A DNA stretch of 64,000 nucleotides from Gemmatimonadota bacterium (GTDB lineage: Bacteria > Gemmatimonadota > Gemmatimonadetes > Longimicrobiales > RSA9), in the NCBI GenBank assembly GCA_040905425.1, contig JBBDRO010000100.1, positions 66,953-130,952 of the forward strand, written 5' to 3'. Positions 28,696 to 37,134 of this stretch are shown here, piece after piece; the first letter of the stretch is position 1, and each line of letters begins with the position of its first letter. The notes under the pieces are model-generated. The model saw only the letters and a program-made list of their open reading frames with translations. It searched no databases and had not been told where the DNA came from. A program made the position numbers and the translations under genes.

Positions 28696-29153
28696 TAGCG
28701 GAAGATCTTTCCCGCGAACTTCTGGAAGGTGCCCGCTTCCTGACTGCGGGCCTGTTCGAAGGTGGCCGGATTCCACAGGTCCACCTTGTCGATCATCCCC
28801 ACGAGCTGCACCTGCCCATCCAGCTCGGCCGCCTCCTTCAGCCGGGCGGGCACCAGGATGCGGCCCTGCGCGTCGGGGCTCACCTCGACCGCGTTGGACA
28901 TCATGTCCGCCACCCACATGCGCGCGTCCGGATTGTGCTGGAGCAGGTCACGCATGCGCTCCTCCACCTCCAGCCACGAGGTCTCCGGGTAAAGCGAGAG
29001 CGCCGGCGGATAGGCCTGGATGAGCACGAAGCGCTGATCGGCCGCCTCGCGGCGGAAGGACGCAGGGAGGCTCACCCGGCCCTTGTCATCGAGCTGGTGC
29101 AGATAGCTTCCCAGGAACTTCACTCCCCGGTTCGGGGAGCGGGGTCCTTCCAT
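28695..29153 (-). CDS. mraZ: Transcriptional regulator MraZ
   Basis: Two SpoVT/AbrB-like halves carrying DDKGRVSLP and DAQGRILVP; 152 aa. Confidence 0.95.
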   Translation of the reverse strand: MEGPRSPNRGVKFLGSYLHQLDDKGRVSLPASFRREAADQRFVLIQAYPPALSLYPETSWLEVEERMRDLLQHNPDARMWVADMMSNAVEVSPDAQGRILVPARLKEAAELDGQVQLVGMIDKVDLWNPATFEQARSQEAGTFQKFAGKIFR

Positions 29154-29187
29154 GGGTTCTCTCGTGTGCGTGGAGTGTGCCCTGCTA

Positions 29188-29213
29188 TCCCATAACGTCC
29201 CACTTCATCCCAC
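29188..29213 (-). promoter_or_regulatory. Putative MraZ operator: three direct repeats with a 10-bp period in the mraZ leader
   Basis: The minus strand reads GTGGGA-TGAA-GTGGGA-CGTT-ATGGGA (plus-strand tcccat/tcccac at 29188, 29198 and 29208). More TGGGA copies lie at 29235-29245, 29262-29267, 29351-29355 and 29361-29365. Confidence 0.6.
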
Positions 29214-29224
29214 CCGACGCCACC

Positions 29225-29253
29225 ATGATACGGTTCCCATCCCACAGCGTCAA
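29225..29253 (-). promoter_or_regulatory. Putative sigma70-type dcw promoter (Pmra-like)
   Basis: The minus strand reads TTGACG-17 nt-TATCAT (-35 at 29248-29253, -10 at 29225-29230). The spacer itself is ctgTGGGATGGGAaccg, and a GTGGGA sits just upstream of the -35. Confidence 0.5.
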
Positions 29254-29469
29254 GAGTCTTATCCCACCACCGAACGGATACCGAAAGCGTTGCGGGATGG
29301 GGACTGTTGACCTTGCCCCCATGGCTGGAAGCGGCATTTTGCCCGCATGGTGGGATGAAATCCCATGGGGCAGTGGTGCTCTGCTCGGAGCGCGTGGGCG
29401 CGCGCCCCCTGTCCGTCCCACCGGGGCCGGGTCGCGTTCTTGCACGCGCGCCCCGCCATGGGACTCCGG

Positions 29470-30354
29470 ATGGCACTTGTGATCAAGCCACCCGCCGACG
29501 AGGCGCGCCTGGACGAGCTGCGCCACGAGGTGGCCTCCCTGCGGCGGCGCGGCCACCAAGTGCGTGCCCGGCTGACGTTCGAGCGCGGGGACGCCCGGCG
29601 CTTCGCGCGCGGCGCGGCGCGGGCCCGCTATGACGTGGTGGTGGCGGTGGGCGGGGACGGGACCATCAACGAGGTGGTGAACGGGCTGGTGGCCGCACCC
29701 TGGCGGCCGCGGCTGGGCATACTCCCTTTCGGCACGGCCAACGACTTCGCCACCGGGCTGGGCATACCGCCGAGCCCCGCCGCGGCCCTGGACGTCACGG
29801 TGCGGGGGCGGGTCGTGGCGGCCGATGTGGGCGTGGTGAACGAACGCTGCTTCATCAACGTCTCCACGGGCGGCTTCGGCGCCGCGGCGGCCGAACGGGT
29901 ACCGGCCGGCTGGAAGCGCCTGCTGGGCCGCTTTGCCTACCTCATCACCGGCGCCCACAGCCTCATGCACTGGGAGCCCGGCCACGCCCGCTTCCTGGCG
30001 GAGGGCCGCCTCATCCACGACGGGCCGTTCGCGTTCTTCGCGGTGGGCAATGCGTGGCGCACGGGGGGCGGTACGCGCGTCACCCCGCGGGCGGAGTTCG
30101 GTGACGGCCGGCTGGACGTCACCGTGGTGCGGGGCGTCTCACGACTGGATTTTCTGGCCCTGCTACCCGACCTGCGCGCCGGCACCCACCTGGAGAGTCC
30201 GCATGTGCTCTACCTGCGCACCGAGCGTTTCGAGGTCCTGGCGGCCACGCCGCTGGGCGTCAACGCGGACGGTGAGCCGCTCAGCGGCGCGCGCTACACC
30301 TACCGGCTGCTGCCGCGCGCGCTCAGGCTGATGGTGCCCCGGGAGGAAGGGTAA
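29470..30354 (+). CDS. Diacylglycerol/lipid kinase family protein (YegS-like)
   Basis: Start at MALVIKPPAD. Contains the DAGK catalytic motif VVAVGGDGTINEVVNGL and GILPFGTANDFA. Confidence 0.85.
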   Translation: MALVIKPPADEARLDELRHEVASLRRRGHQVRARLTFERGDARRFARGAARARYDVVVAVGGDGTINEVVNGLVAAPWRPRLGILPFGTANDFATGLGIPPSPAAALDVTVRGRVVAADVGVVNERCFINVSTGGFGAAAAERVPAGWKRLLGRFAYLITGAHSLMHWEPGHARFLAEGRLIHDGPFAFFAVGNAWRTGGGTRVTPRAEFGDGRLDVTVVRGVSRLDFLALLPDLRAGTHLESPHVLYLRTERFEVLAATPLGVNADGEPLSGARYTYRLLPRALRLMVPREEG

Positions 30355-30380
30355 GGAGCCCGGCGGCACTCCAGGGCAAG

Positions 30381-30412
30381 AAAAAAGGGCCGGGGGATCG
30401 CTCCCCCGGCCC
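30381..30412 (-). terminator. Rho-independent terminator for the minus-strand TPR gene. It also sits after the convergent plus-strand kinase gene.
   Basis: Perfect 11-bp stem gggccggggga/tcccccggccc (30387-30397 and 30402-30412) with a 4-nt loop. The plus-strand A6 at 30381-30386 is a U-tract on the minus strand. Confidence 0.75.
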
Positions 30413-30441
30413 TGCCGTCAAGATGGACTGCCGTCAGGTGT

Positions 30442-32157
30442 TCAACGGCACTTCGAGTCGATGAGCAGCCCCTCGATCTCCACGTACGTCTTGGCGTTCT
30501 CGATCAGGCCCGCTCTGTCCGGCTGGTCATAGGCGGTGCTGTTCTGGAGAAGCTCCAGCGCGCGCCGGAAGATCGGCAGCGTGGCGCGTGCCGACGCGCA
30601 CGTCTCGGGCGTATGCGCCGCCCTGCCGCGCTGCAGATGGGCGTAGCCCTCGAAGAAGTTCATCATGTGCCGCGTGCGCTGCTCGGTGGCCAGCGGGCGG
30701 GCGGCCTCGTACCAGCGCAGCGCCTCGTCGTTCCGACCATGCTGACCGAACTTCGACCATCCACCATTCACGCCGATGATCTGGGCGGCCCGGTCACTTT
30801 CAAAGCCCTGCTCGACCGCCTGCTCGGCCGCGGCCACAGCCTCGGCCCGGTTGCCGGCGGCCACGTGCAGGGTGAACAGCTTGGCGTGCGCCGACGGATA
30901 CTGGGGATCCAGCTCCACTACCCGCTTGAGCGCCTCGAGCGCCTCGTCCATGCGCTCCGCCATCTCGAGCGAGCGGGCGTGCACCCACCAGAGGCCCGCG
31001 TCGCTGCCGTGCGTGGCCAGCGCCTGCTCACCGAAGCTCAGCGCCTGGTCCAGCTCCCCCGTCTCGCGATACATGAGCATCACGTTTTTCAGCAGGTCCG
31101 CGCTGGCCTCCGCGCCCTGCACCTCGTACACCTGGCGGTAGTAGCCGAGCGCCTTGCGGTAGAGCTCCACGGCCTCCGCCGGCGCCTCCTCGGCCTCACC
31201 GCGCAGATCGTTGGCGGCGTTCTTGGCAAAGTGACCGGAGAACTCGATGAGGGGCAGGTGCACACTGTCGGCGGGTAGCTCCTGCATGCCCTGCTCCGCC
31301 ATCACGAGCGCGCTGGCGTTGTCCCCCGCCTGCGCAAGCTGATGCGCCAGGACGAGGCGCAGGTCGGCGTTCCCCGGGTTCAACTCCAGGTAGAGATTGT
31401 AGTACCCGCGCGACTTCTCCTGCTGACCGAGCACCGCGGCTATGTAGCCGGCGGCGTAGAGGGCGTCCTCGTGGAGATCGTTCTGGGCGAGCACCTGCTC
31501 GAAGGCCGCGAGGGCCTCCTCGTTGCGGTCGAGGTTGCGGAGCACGTCACCCTTCAGCAGCAGCGCCGGCATGTAGGTGGGGTTGATGGCCAACGCCACG
31601 TCGCACTGCCGGAGCGCTTCCTGCCACTGCTCGCTCTGCTGTGAGTCACTGCAGTAGGTAAGATACTCGATCTGGCGCGTGTACTCCGCGAAAGCCGCCA
31701 CGAGCTGCTGGGCCGCGTCGCGCTCGTTGCGCGCCTGGATGGCCGGCACGCTGAAGCAGGTGGTCATGTTGGCGCAGAACTCACCCTGCACCTCGTAGAG
31801 GTCCTTGCCCAACTCGATGTACGTGCCGCAGAAGGTGAGGTTGAGCTGCTCGGCGATCTGGAACTGCTTGGCGTCGATGCAGTTGAACTCGTCCTCCTTC
31901 ATCTCGTACTTCTTGAGGCTCTGCTCGAGCTCCTTCTTGTCGAGGGCGCGGTATTTCTCGTTCTCAATGGCGTCGCGCAGCTCCTCGGCGGTCTTCTCGC
32001 CGAACTTCTTGCTGAAGTCACCCCTGGGCTGCAGCCGCGGCACCACGACGGTGTGCCGGCTGTCCTGCGCCTGGGCCGGGGCCGCACCGAAGGCCACCGC
32101 GGCCACGGCCAGCGAGAGAATACCCGTCAACCACCTTCCGAAACTCGTACGATTCAT
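30442..32157 (-). CDS. Secreted TPR-repeat protein with a Cys-containing N-terminal domain
   Basis: Start at MNRTSFGRWLTGILSLAVAAVAFGAAPAQA (signal peptide). Multiple TPR units follow (ALAINPTYMPALLLKGDVL, YLELNPGNADLRL, VVELDPQYPSAHAKL). The upstream 55 aa of the track ORF were rejected. Confidence 0.75.
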   Translation of the reverse strand: MNRTSFGRWLTGILSLAVAAVAFGAAPAQAQDSRHTVVVPRLQPRGDFSKKFGEKTAEELRDAIENEKYRALDKKELEQSLKKYEMKEDEFNCIDAKQFQIAEQLNLTFCGTYIELGKDLYEVQGEFCANMTTCFSVPAIQARNERDAAQQLVAAFAEYTRQIEYLTYCSDSQQSEQWQEALRQCDVALAINPTYMPALLLKGDVLRNLDRNEEALAAFEQVLAQNDLHEDALYAAGYIAAVLGQQEKSRGYYNLYLELNPGNADLRLVLAHQLAQAGDNASALVMAEQGMQELPADSVHLPLIEFSGHFAKNAANDLRGEAEEAPAEAVELYRKALGYYRQVYEVQGAEASADLLKNVMLMYRETGELDQALSFGEQALATHGSDAGLWWVHARSLEMAERMDEALEALKRVVELDPQYPSAHAKLFTLHVAAGNRAEAVAAAEQAVEQGFESDRAAQIIGVNGGWSKFGQHGRNDEALRWYEAARPLATEQRTRHMMNFFEGYAHLQRGRAAHTPETCASARATLPIFRRALELLQNSTAYDQPDRAGLIENAKTYVEIEGLLIDSKCR

Positions 32158-32502
32158 CTGTCTAATCTCCACTCCCGATGGAACAGGTTGTCGGGACCGC
32201 GCGCACGGCCCGTGCTGGTATCTATGTACACCCGCGTGCCTGGAATATGCCCGAAGGGTCGGGTCCTGGTCGCACGGGCCTGTGGCTGCATTCATCGGGG
32301 CATACAGGCGTGCTGGTCGCACAGTGTATACGCCGACTGCTCTGGTTGCAAGGTTCGTGCTCTATACACGGTTGCGGGCGGCAAGGTCCGGCACGGGGAA
32401 CGCCGCTTGCACCGCTCTGGCACACACGCGGGCCCGATTCCCACCGTGGCCGCCGCACATGAGAACACCACAGGGGGTGCGCACGTTCCCCGGAGGAGGC
32501 AG

Positions 32503-32970
32503 ATGGACACGAGGGAGGGCCGTGAGGAAGCCGTCCTGGAGGCGCTGGCCCGGTGCAGGACGGCGTTTCCGGACGCACCCAGTATCGACGGCCAGCAGGG
32601 CCGCCGCCGGGAGGAACTGGTGGCGCGCGCCGAGATGGAACTGGGCTGGGCACGCCGCGATGCGGAACGCGTCTACGACACCGCCCGCGAGGAGGGACTC
32701 GACCCCGCGCTGGCGGTGGAGCTCGTGCGCAGCGGCGTGGCGGTCTGCGAGCCCGAACCGGATGACAACGCGGCCATGGAAGGTACGGTGGAGCCCGGCC
32801 CGCCCGACTGGCTCACCCCGCCCACCGCACTGCCGGCCGACCCGCTGCGGGAGCGCCGCATGCGGGAGAGCTTCCGCCGGGTGCGCTCGCTACTGGCCGA
32901 GTCGGCCGGCGCCTCCGAGGCGCTGTGCAGGTTCGCCGCGGCGGAAGACGTGGAGCGCTGCGGCTACTGA
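32503..32970 (+). CDS. Hypothetical protein (155 aa)
   Basis: ATG preceded by ggaggaggcag. High third-position GC. No family was recognised. The upstream part of the track ORF 32053..32970 lies in the divergent intergenic region. Confidence 0.45.
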   Translation: MDTREGREEAVLEALARCRTAFPDAPSIDGQQGRRREELVARAEMELGWARRDAERVYDTAREEGLDPALAVELVRSGVAVCEPEPDDNAAMEGTVEPGPPDWLTPPTALPADPLRERRMRESFRRVRSLLAESAGASEALCRFAAAEDVERCGY

Positions 32971-33235
32971 ATCACCCGAGGGCGGGGTGCCGGCCGGTGC
33001 GCTCCACCGCCGCCACGCCATCCCCGTCCGGCCGCTCGAGGCGGGCGCGGCGCACCGGCACGTACAGGCGCTCGGCGTACTCCATGCGCTCCACCAGCAG
33101 GTCCATGCGCGTGGCGATCCGGTCCAGCGCGGTGACGAGGCGGCTCGTCTCCGGAACCGCACCGCGCCCTTGCCGCCCTGGCAGGCCCACCCGAACTTGC
33201 CCGCTCCCATCGCACGCCCCCGAACCGGTGCCGCC

Positions 33236-34087
33236 ATGCTGCTGAGAGACGACGCCCTCCAGGACAAGGTGATCCTCGTGACGGGAGGCGGCTCCGGGCT
33301 GGGGCTCTCCATGAGCACCGGCTTCGCGCGGCTGGGTGCGCGTGTGGCCATCACGGGGCGCAGCGAGGCCCGCCTCGAGGAGGCGGCCCCGCGCATCCAC
33401 GCCTCCGGGGAACGGGTGCATGCGCATGCCGCGGACGTGCGGGACGCGGAGGCGGTTGCGGGCCTCGTCGCTTCCGTAGTGGGACGCTTCGGCCGCATCG
33501 ACGTGCTGGTGAACAACGCCGCGGGCAACTTCCTGGCGGCCACCGAGGACCTCTCCCCCAACGCCTTCGACGCCGTGGTGCGCACGGTGCTCTACGGCAC
33601 CTTCAACGCCACGCAGGCCGTGGGTCGGCACATGATCGAGCGCGGCGGCGGCGGGACCGTGCTGAGCATCACCACCACGTACGCGTGGACCGGTTCGGCC
33701 TTCGTGGTGCCGTCCGCGGTGAGCAAGGCCGGGGTGCTGGCGCTGACCCGCTCGCTGGCCGTGGAGTGGGCCACCTACGGCATCCGCCTGAACGCCCTGG
33801 CGCCGGGGCCCTTCCCCACCGAGGGCGCGTGGGAGCGTCTCATGCCCACGCCCGAGATCGAGGAGCGGGCGCGGCGCCGCATCCCCGCCGGCCGCTTCGG
33901 TGAGCATCACGAACTGGTAGAGCTGGCCGCCTTCCTGGTGTCCGACGCCGCGCCCTTCATCACGGGGGCGTGCGTGACCATTGACGGCGGCGAATGGATG
34001 GGCTCGGGCGGGCAGTTCAATGGCCTGCTGCAGGTGCCGCGCGAGGAGCTGAAGGGCGCGCTGCGCACGTTCCGCCGACGGGAGTGA
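33236..34087 (+). CDS. Short-chain dehydrogenase/reductase (SDR), 2,4-dienoyl-CoA reductase-like
   Basis: C-terminal 283 aa of the 760-aa track ORF: VILVTGGGSGLGLS (TGxxxGxG), NNAAG, and an S...YxxxK-type centre (AVSKAG). Confidence 0.9.
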   Translation: MLLRDDALQDKVILVTGGGSGLGLSMSTGFARLGARVAITGRSEARLEEAAPRIHASGERVHAHAADVRDAEAVAGLVASVVGRFGRIDVLVNNAAGNFLAATEDLSPNAFDAVVRTVLYGTFNATQAVGRHMIERGGGGTVLSITTTYAWTGSAFVVPSAVSKAGVLALTRSLAVEWATYGIRLNALAPGPFPTEGAWERLMPTPEIEERARRRIPAGRFGEHHELVELAAFLVSDAAPFITGACVTIDGGEWMGSGGQFNGLLQVPREELKGALRTFRRRE

Positions 34088-34099
34088 GGCGGCGGGCGC

Positions 34100-35263
34100 T
34101 CAGCCGCGTGCCGCGCGCAGCGCTTCCACCAGCGCCGCCGCGTCCCCGGCGTCATTGTAGACGTTGGGCGCCACCCTGAGCGCCGTGCCGCGCAGCGAGG
34201 CGCGCACGCGGCGGCGTTCCAGGGCGGCGTGCAGCGCGGCGAGCTCCAACCCCGCCGGCGCACGCAGGCCGAAGAGATGCGCCGCCCGCCAGCGGTCCTC
34301 CTCCACGCCGTAGCCCAGCTCCCGCGCCTCCGCGATGGCATCCGTCATGAGGGCGCCGCAGTAGTCCCGCACCGCCTCCGGCCCCCAACCCCCCACGAGC
34401 TCCAGCGCCGCCACCACCATGGGCAGCAGGATGAAATTGCTGCGCTCCCCCACGTCGAAGCGAATGGCGCCCGGCTCGTAGTCGTCACGGTAATCCACCA
34501 GGCCCTGGAAATCGCGGCTGCCGCCGCGCGTGATCCAGCCCTCCTCCAGCGGCTCGCCGTCATCGAAGGCGGGCCCGAACCAGCCGAGCGCCATGCCGTA
34601 CGGTCCGAGCAGCCACTTGTAGGCCGCCACGATGAGGGCGTCGGGCCGCGCCTCGGTGACGTCGAAAGGCATGGCACCCACCGCCTGGGTGCCGTCCAGC
34701 ACGAAGCGGGCGCCCACCTGACGGGCGCGCGCGCCGAGCGCGGCCACGTCGAAGATGGTGCCGTCCGTCCAGTGCAGCGGGGCCAGCGCCACGAGCGCCG
34801 TGGCGCCGTCCACGGCCTCCAGCAGCGCCTCGTTCCAGGCCTGACCGGGCGTGGCGGAGACGGGGCGCGCCACCACGCGCAACTCGGCGCCGGCCCGAGC
34901 GCATGCCTTCCGCCACGGATAGACGTTGCTCGGGAACTGCTCGGCGGCCGTCACCACGTTGGCGCCGGCCGCGAGCGTCACATTGCGCGCCACGACGGCC
35001 ATGCCGTAGGAGACCGAGGGCAGGATGGCCACGCGCTCGGGGCGCGGCGCGGCGATGAGGTCGGCGAAGAGGGCGCGCGCGCGATCGGCGTCGCGGAAGA
35101 AATCCTCCGGCCCGATGGCCAGCGGCGCGGCCTTGGCGCGGATGCCCGCCACGCCCGCTTCCTGCACCGTGCGCGGCAGCGGGCCCATGTAGGCGCAGTT
35201 CAGGAAGTGCTCTCCGGCCGGCAGGTCGAAGCGCTCCTTCTGGCAGGCGAGCGAGGGGGCCAC
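34100..35263 (-). CDS. Class V aminotransferase / PLP-dependent enzyme
   Basis: Fold-type I pattern with FLNCAYMGP, DGTQAVGAMP and AYKWLLGPYG (the PLP lysine). Confidence 0.85.
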   Translation of the reverse strand: MAPSLACQKERFDLPAGEHFLNCAYMGPLPRTVQEAGVAGIRAKAAPLAIGPEDFFRDADRARALFADLIAAPRPERVAILPSVSYGMAVVARNVTLAAGANVVTAAEQFPSNVYPWRKACARAGAELRVVARPVSATPGQAWNEALLEAVDGATALVALAPLHWTDGTIFDVAALGARARQVGARFVLDGTQAVGAMPFDVTEARPDALIVAAYKWLLGPYGMALGWFGPAFDDGEPLEEGWITRGGSRDFQGLVDYRDDYEPGAIRFDVGERSNFILLPMVVAALELVGGWGPEAVRDYCGALMTDAIAEARELGYGVEEDRWRAAHLFGLRAPAGLELAALHAALERRRVRASLRGTALRVAPNVYNDAGDAAALVEALRAARG

Positions 35264-35277
35264 GCTCGGCGCGCTGC

Positions 35278-37050
35278 TCAGAACGCCCTGCGGTTGTTAT
35301 CCGGCTGCACGTCGATGAGCACGCGCTCCGGATCAAGCACCGCCTCCGCCGGCCGCGCGTCCAGCGTGAAGCGGACCGCCTGCGTCCGCTCCCGGGACTC
35401 CAGGCGGATTGTCTCATCCCCCACCCGGAGGTCCACCGGCATCCAGATGTCCCCTTCGCGAATCACCTCCACGGTGGCCACCCACTGCCCCCCCTCCTGC
35501 CTGAGGGAGGCGGCCCCCACCCGGTAATCGAGCTGGTCCGTGGTGCGGATCCACTGCTCGAAGAACCAGTCCAGCGGTTCGGGATGCCACGCCTCCATGC
35601 TCGCGCGGAAGTCCGCCTCCCGGACGTGCTGGAGCTGGTGCAGGGCAAAGTAGGTGCGTAGCCCCCTGCGGAAATCCTCCTCACCCATGAGCCAGCGCAG
35701 CATGCGGTAGACCAGCTGCGGCTTGGTGTAGGTCATGGCGCTGTAGGTGCCCGGATCCACGAAGTCCGCTCCGGCCAGGCCGATCGGCTGCGTGGCGCCC
35801 GCCTGCTCGCGCTGCACCACGCTGCGCATGGCGCCGGCCCACGGATCGCCGCCCTCGTGCTCCTCCACCCACCAGGCGGAGAGGAAGGAGGAGAAGCCCT
35901 CGTCCAGCCAGCCCTCCAGCCACTCGTTGTTGCCGAAGATGCCGTGCACGTAGTTGTGTGCCACCTCGTGCAGGATGAGGCCCTGGGAGGCGGAGCCGTC
36001 CATGACCATCATGGGGAACTCGGTGCCGCCGCCCTCGATGCGGTGCAGGTTGGTGAGCTGCGGCCAGGGAAAGTCACCGAAGAGTTCGTGGAACCAGTCC
36101 AGCGCCACGCGCGTACGCTCGAGCGCCGTGTGGTCCTCCACCCAGTCGTCGTCGCCCGGCTGGAAGAGCACATGGATGGCAATGTCCTCCCAGCGGCCGC
36201 CGTCGTAGCCGTAATCCGGGTTGGCGCTCCAGGCAAAGTGGTGCACCTCCTCGGCGCGCCAGCGCACCTGCTTGTGTCCGGCCGCGGGAGCACCCTCCAG
36301 CAGGCCCAGCCGCTCGGCCGGCTCGCTGGCGTAGTAGTCGCGCCGGTACCATGGCTCCGCGCTCCGCGGGTGGCGGGCCGCCGCCCAGCCGGGATCCCCG
36401 TCGACCGGCACACCGGTGGCGCCCACCACCTGGTCCGCGGCCAGTTCCAGCGTCACGTCGAAGCTGCCGAATTCGCCGTAGAATTCCCCCTGCGGCATGA
36501 GCGGCTGCACGCGCCAGCCGCCGCGATCCACCACCGCCAGGCGCGGATACCACTGGGCAAAGTCATAGTGCCGGTCACGCCTGCCCTGGCGCCGAGGCAG
36601 CGTGGAGGGGCGCGCATCCCAGTCCACCTCCACCGTAAGCGTGTCACCGGTGCCCAGCGCACGCGGCAGCGGAAAGCCCACCACCGTGGAGTCGGGGGCC
36701 AGGGGATAGACGGGGGCAATGCTCCGCCCGCCGGCCTCCACCCGCGTCAGGCGCTCGAAGGCGTGCTCGTCGGGCCCCAGGTCCGTGAAGCGACGCTCCC
36801 CGTATTCCAGCTCCCGCTCCGCCCACCGGCTGTGCGGCCGGAAGGCGTTCAGGTGCAGATGCAGCCAGAGCGTGTCCAGCGTGAAGGGGGAACGGTTCTC
36901 ATAGCGCAGGCGTGCCCGGCCGTGCAGCACCTCCGCGGCTTCGTCGAGGCGCGCCTCGATGCGGTACGCCACGCCCTGCTGGAAGTAGGCGGTATCGGCG
37001 GGCGCCTGCTGGGCGGCCGCGGCCAGGAGGAGTGCGGCGAATGCGGTCAT
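35278..37050 (-). CDS. M1-family (gluzincin) metallopeptidase, exported
   Basis: Signal-like MTAFAALLLAAAAQQAPA. HEVAH followed 18 residues later by E (HEVAHNYVHGIFGNNEWLEGWLDE). Confidence 0.85.
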   Translation of the reverse strand: MTAFAALLLAAAAQQAPADTAYFQQGVAYRIEARLDEAAEVLHGRARLRYENRSPFTLDTLWLHLHLNAFRPHSRWAERELEYGERRFTDLGPDEHAFERLTRVEAGGRSIAPVYPLAPDSTVVGFPLPRALGTGDTLTVEVDWDARPSTLPRRQGRRDRHYDFAQWYPRLAVVDRGGWRVQPLMPQGEFYGEFGSFDVTLELAADQVVGATGVPVDGDPGWAAARHPRSAEPWYRRDYYASEPAERLGLLEGAPAAGHKQVRWRAEEVHHFAWSANPDYGYDGGRWEDIAIHVLFQPGDDDWVEDHTALERTRVALDWFHELFGDFPWPQLTNLHRIEGGGTEFPMMVMDGSASQGLILHEVAHNYVHGIFGNNEWLEGWLDEGFSSFLSAWWVEEHEGGDPWAGAMRSVVQREQAGATQPIGLAGADFVDPGTYSAMTYTKPQLVYRMLRWLMGEEDFRRGLRTYFALHQLQHVREADFRASMEAWHPEPLDWFFEQWIRTTDQLDYRVGAASLRQEGGQWVATVEVIREGDIWMPVDLRVGDETIRLESRERTQAVRFTLDARPAEAVLDPERVLIDVQPDNNRRAF

Positions 37051-37134
37051 GGTGTCCTGCTTCCCGGTTCACTGGCGCGGTCCGGGCGGGCGCGGTTGCC
37101 CGGCCGGGGCGAAAGGCATAGTGTCCCGCCCCGC

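Noticed and set aside
30442-32502. Lower-GC patch as evidence of horizontal transfer
   Set aside because: Codon third positions in the TPR gene stay G/C-rich. The dip is explained by Lys/Glu/Asn-rich protein sequence and by a normal divergent intergenic region. No integrase, tRNA-flanked direct repeats or other island hallmarks are present.
32158-32502. Sigma-54 promoter suggested by ttgca...ctggcac in the divergent intergenic region
   Set aside because: The elements are in the wrong order and spacing for TGGCAC-N5-TTGC on either strand.
32972-33190. Small minus-strand ORF (44-72 aa, ...LVTALDRIATRMDLLVERMEYAERLYVPVRRARLERPDGDG...) in the 265-bp gap between the hypothetical gene and the SDR gene
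   Set aside because: Third-position GC is high, which is compatible with coding. However, there is no recognisable family, the start is ambiguous (ATG 33106 or GTG 33190), and such frames arise by chance at this GC content. It is left unannotated and could be revisited with conservation data.
31805-34087. 760-aa plus-strand ORF
   Set aside because: This is a composite. Its 5' two-thirds run antisense through the TPR gene and across intergenic DNA. Only the last 283 aa (33236-34087) form an SDR with a proper TGxxxGxG N-terminus.
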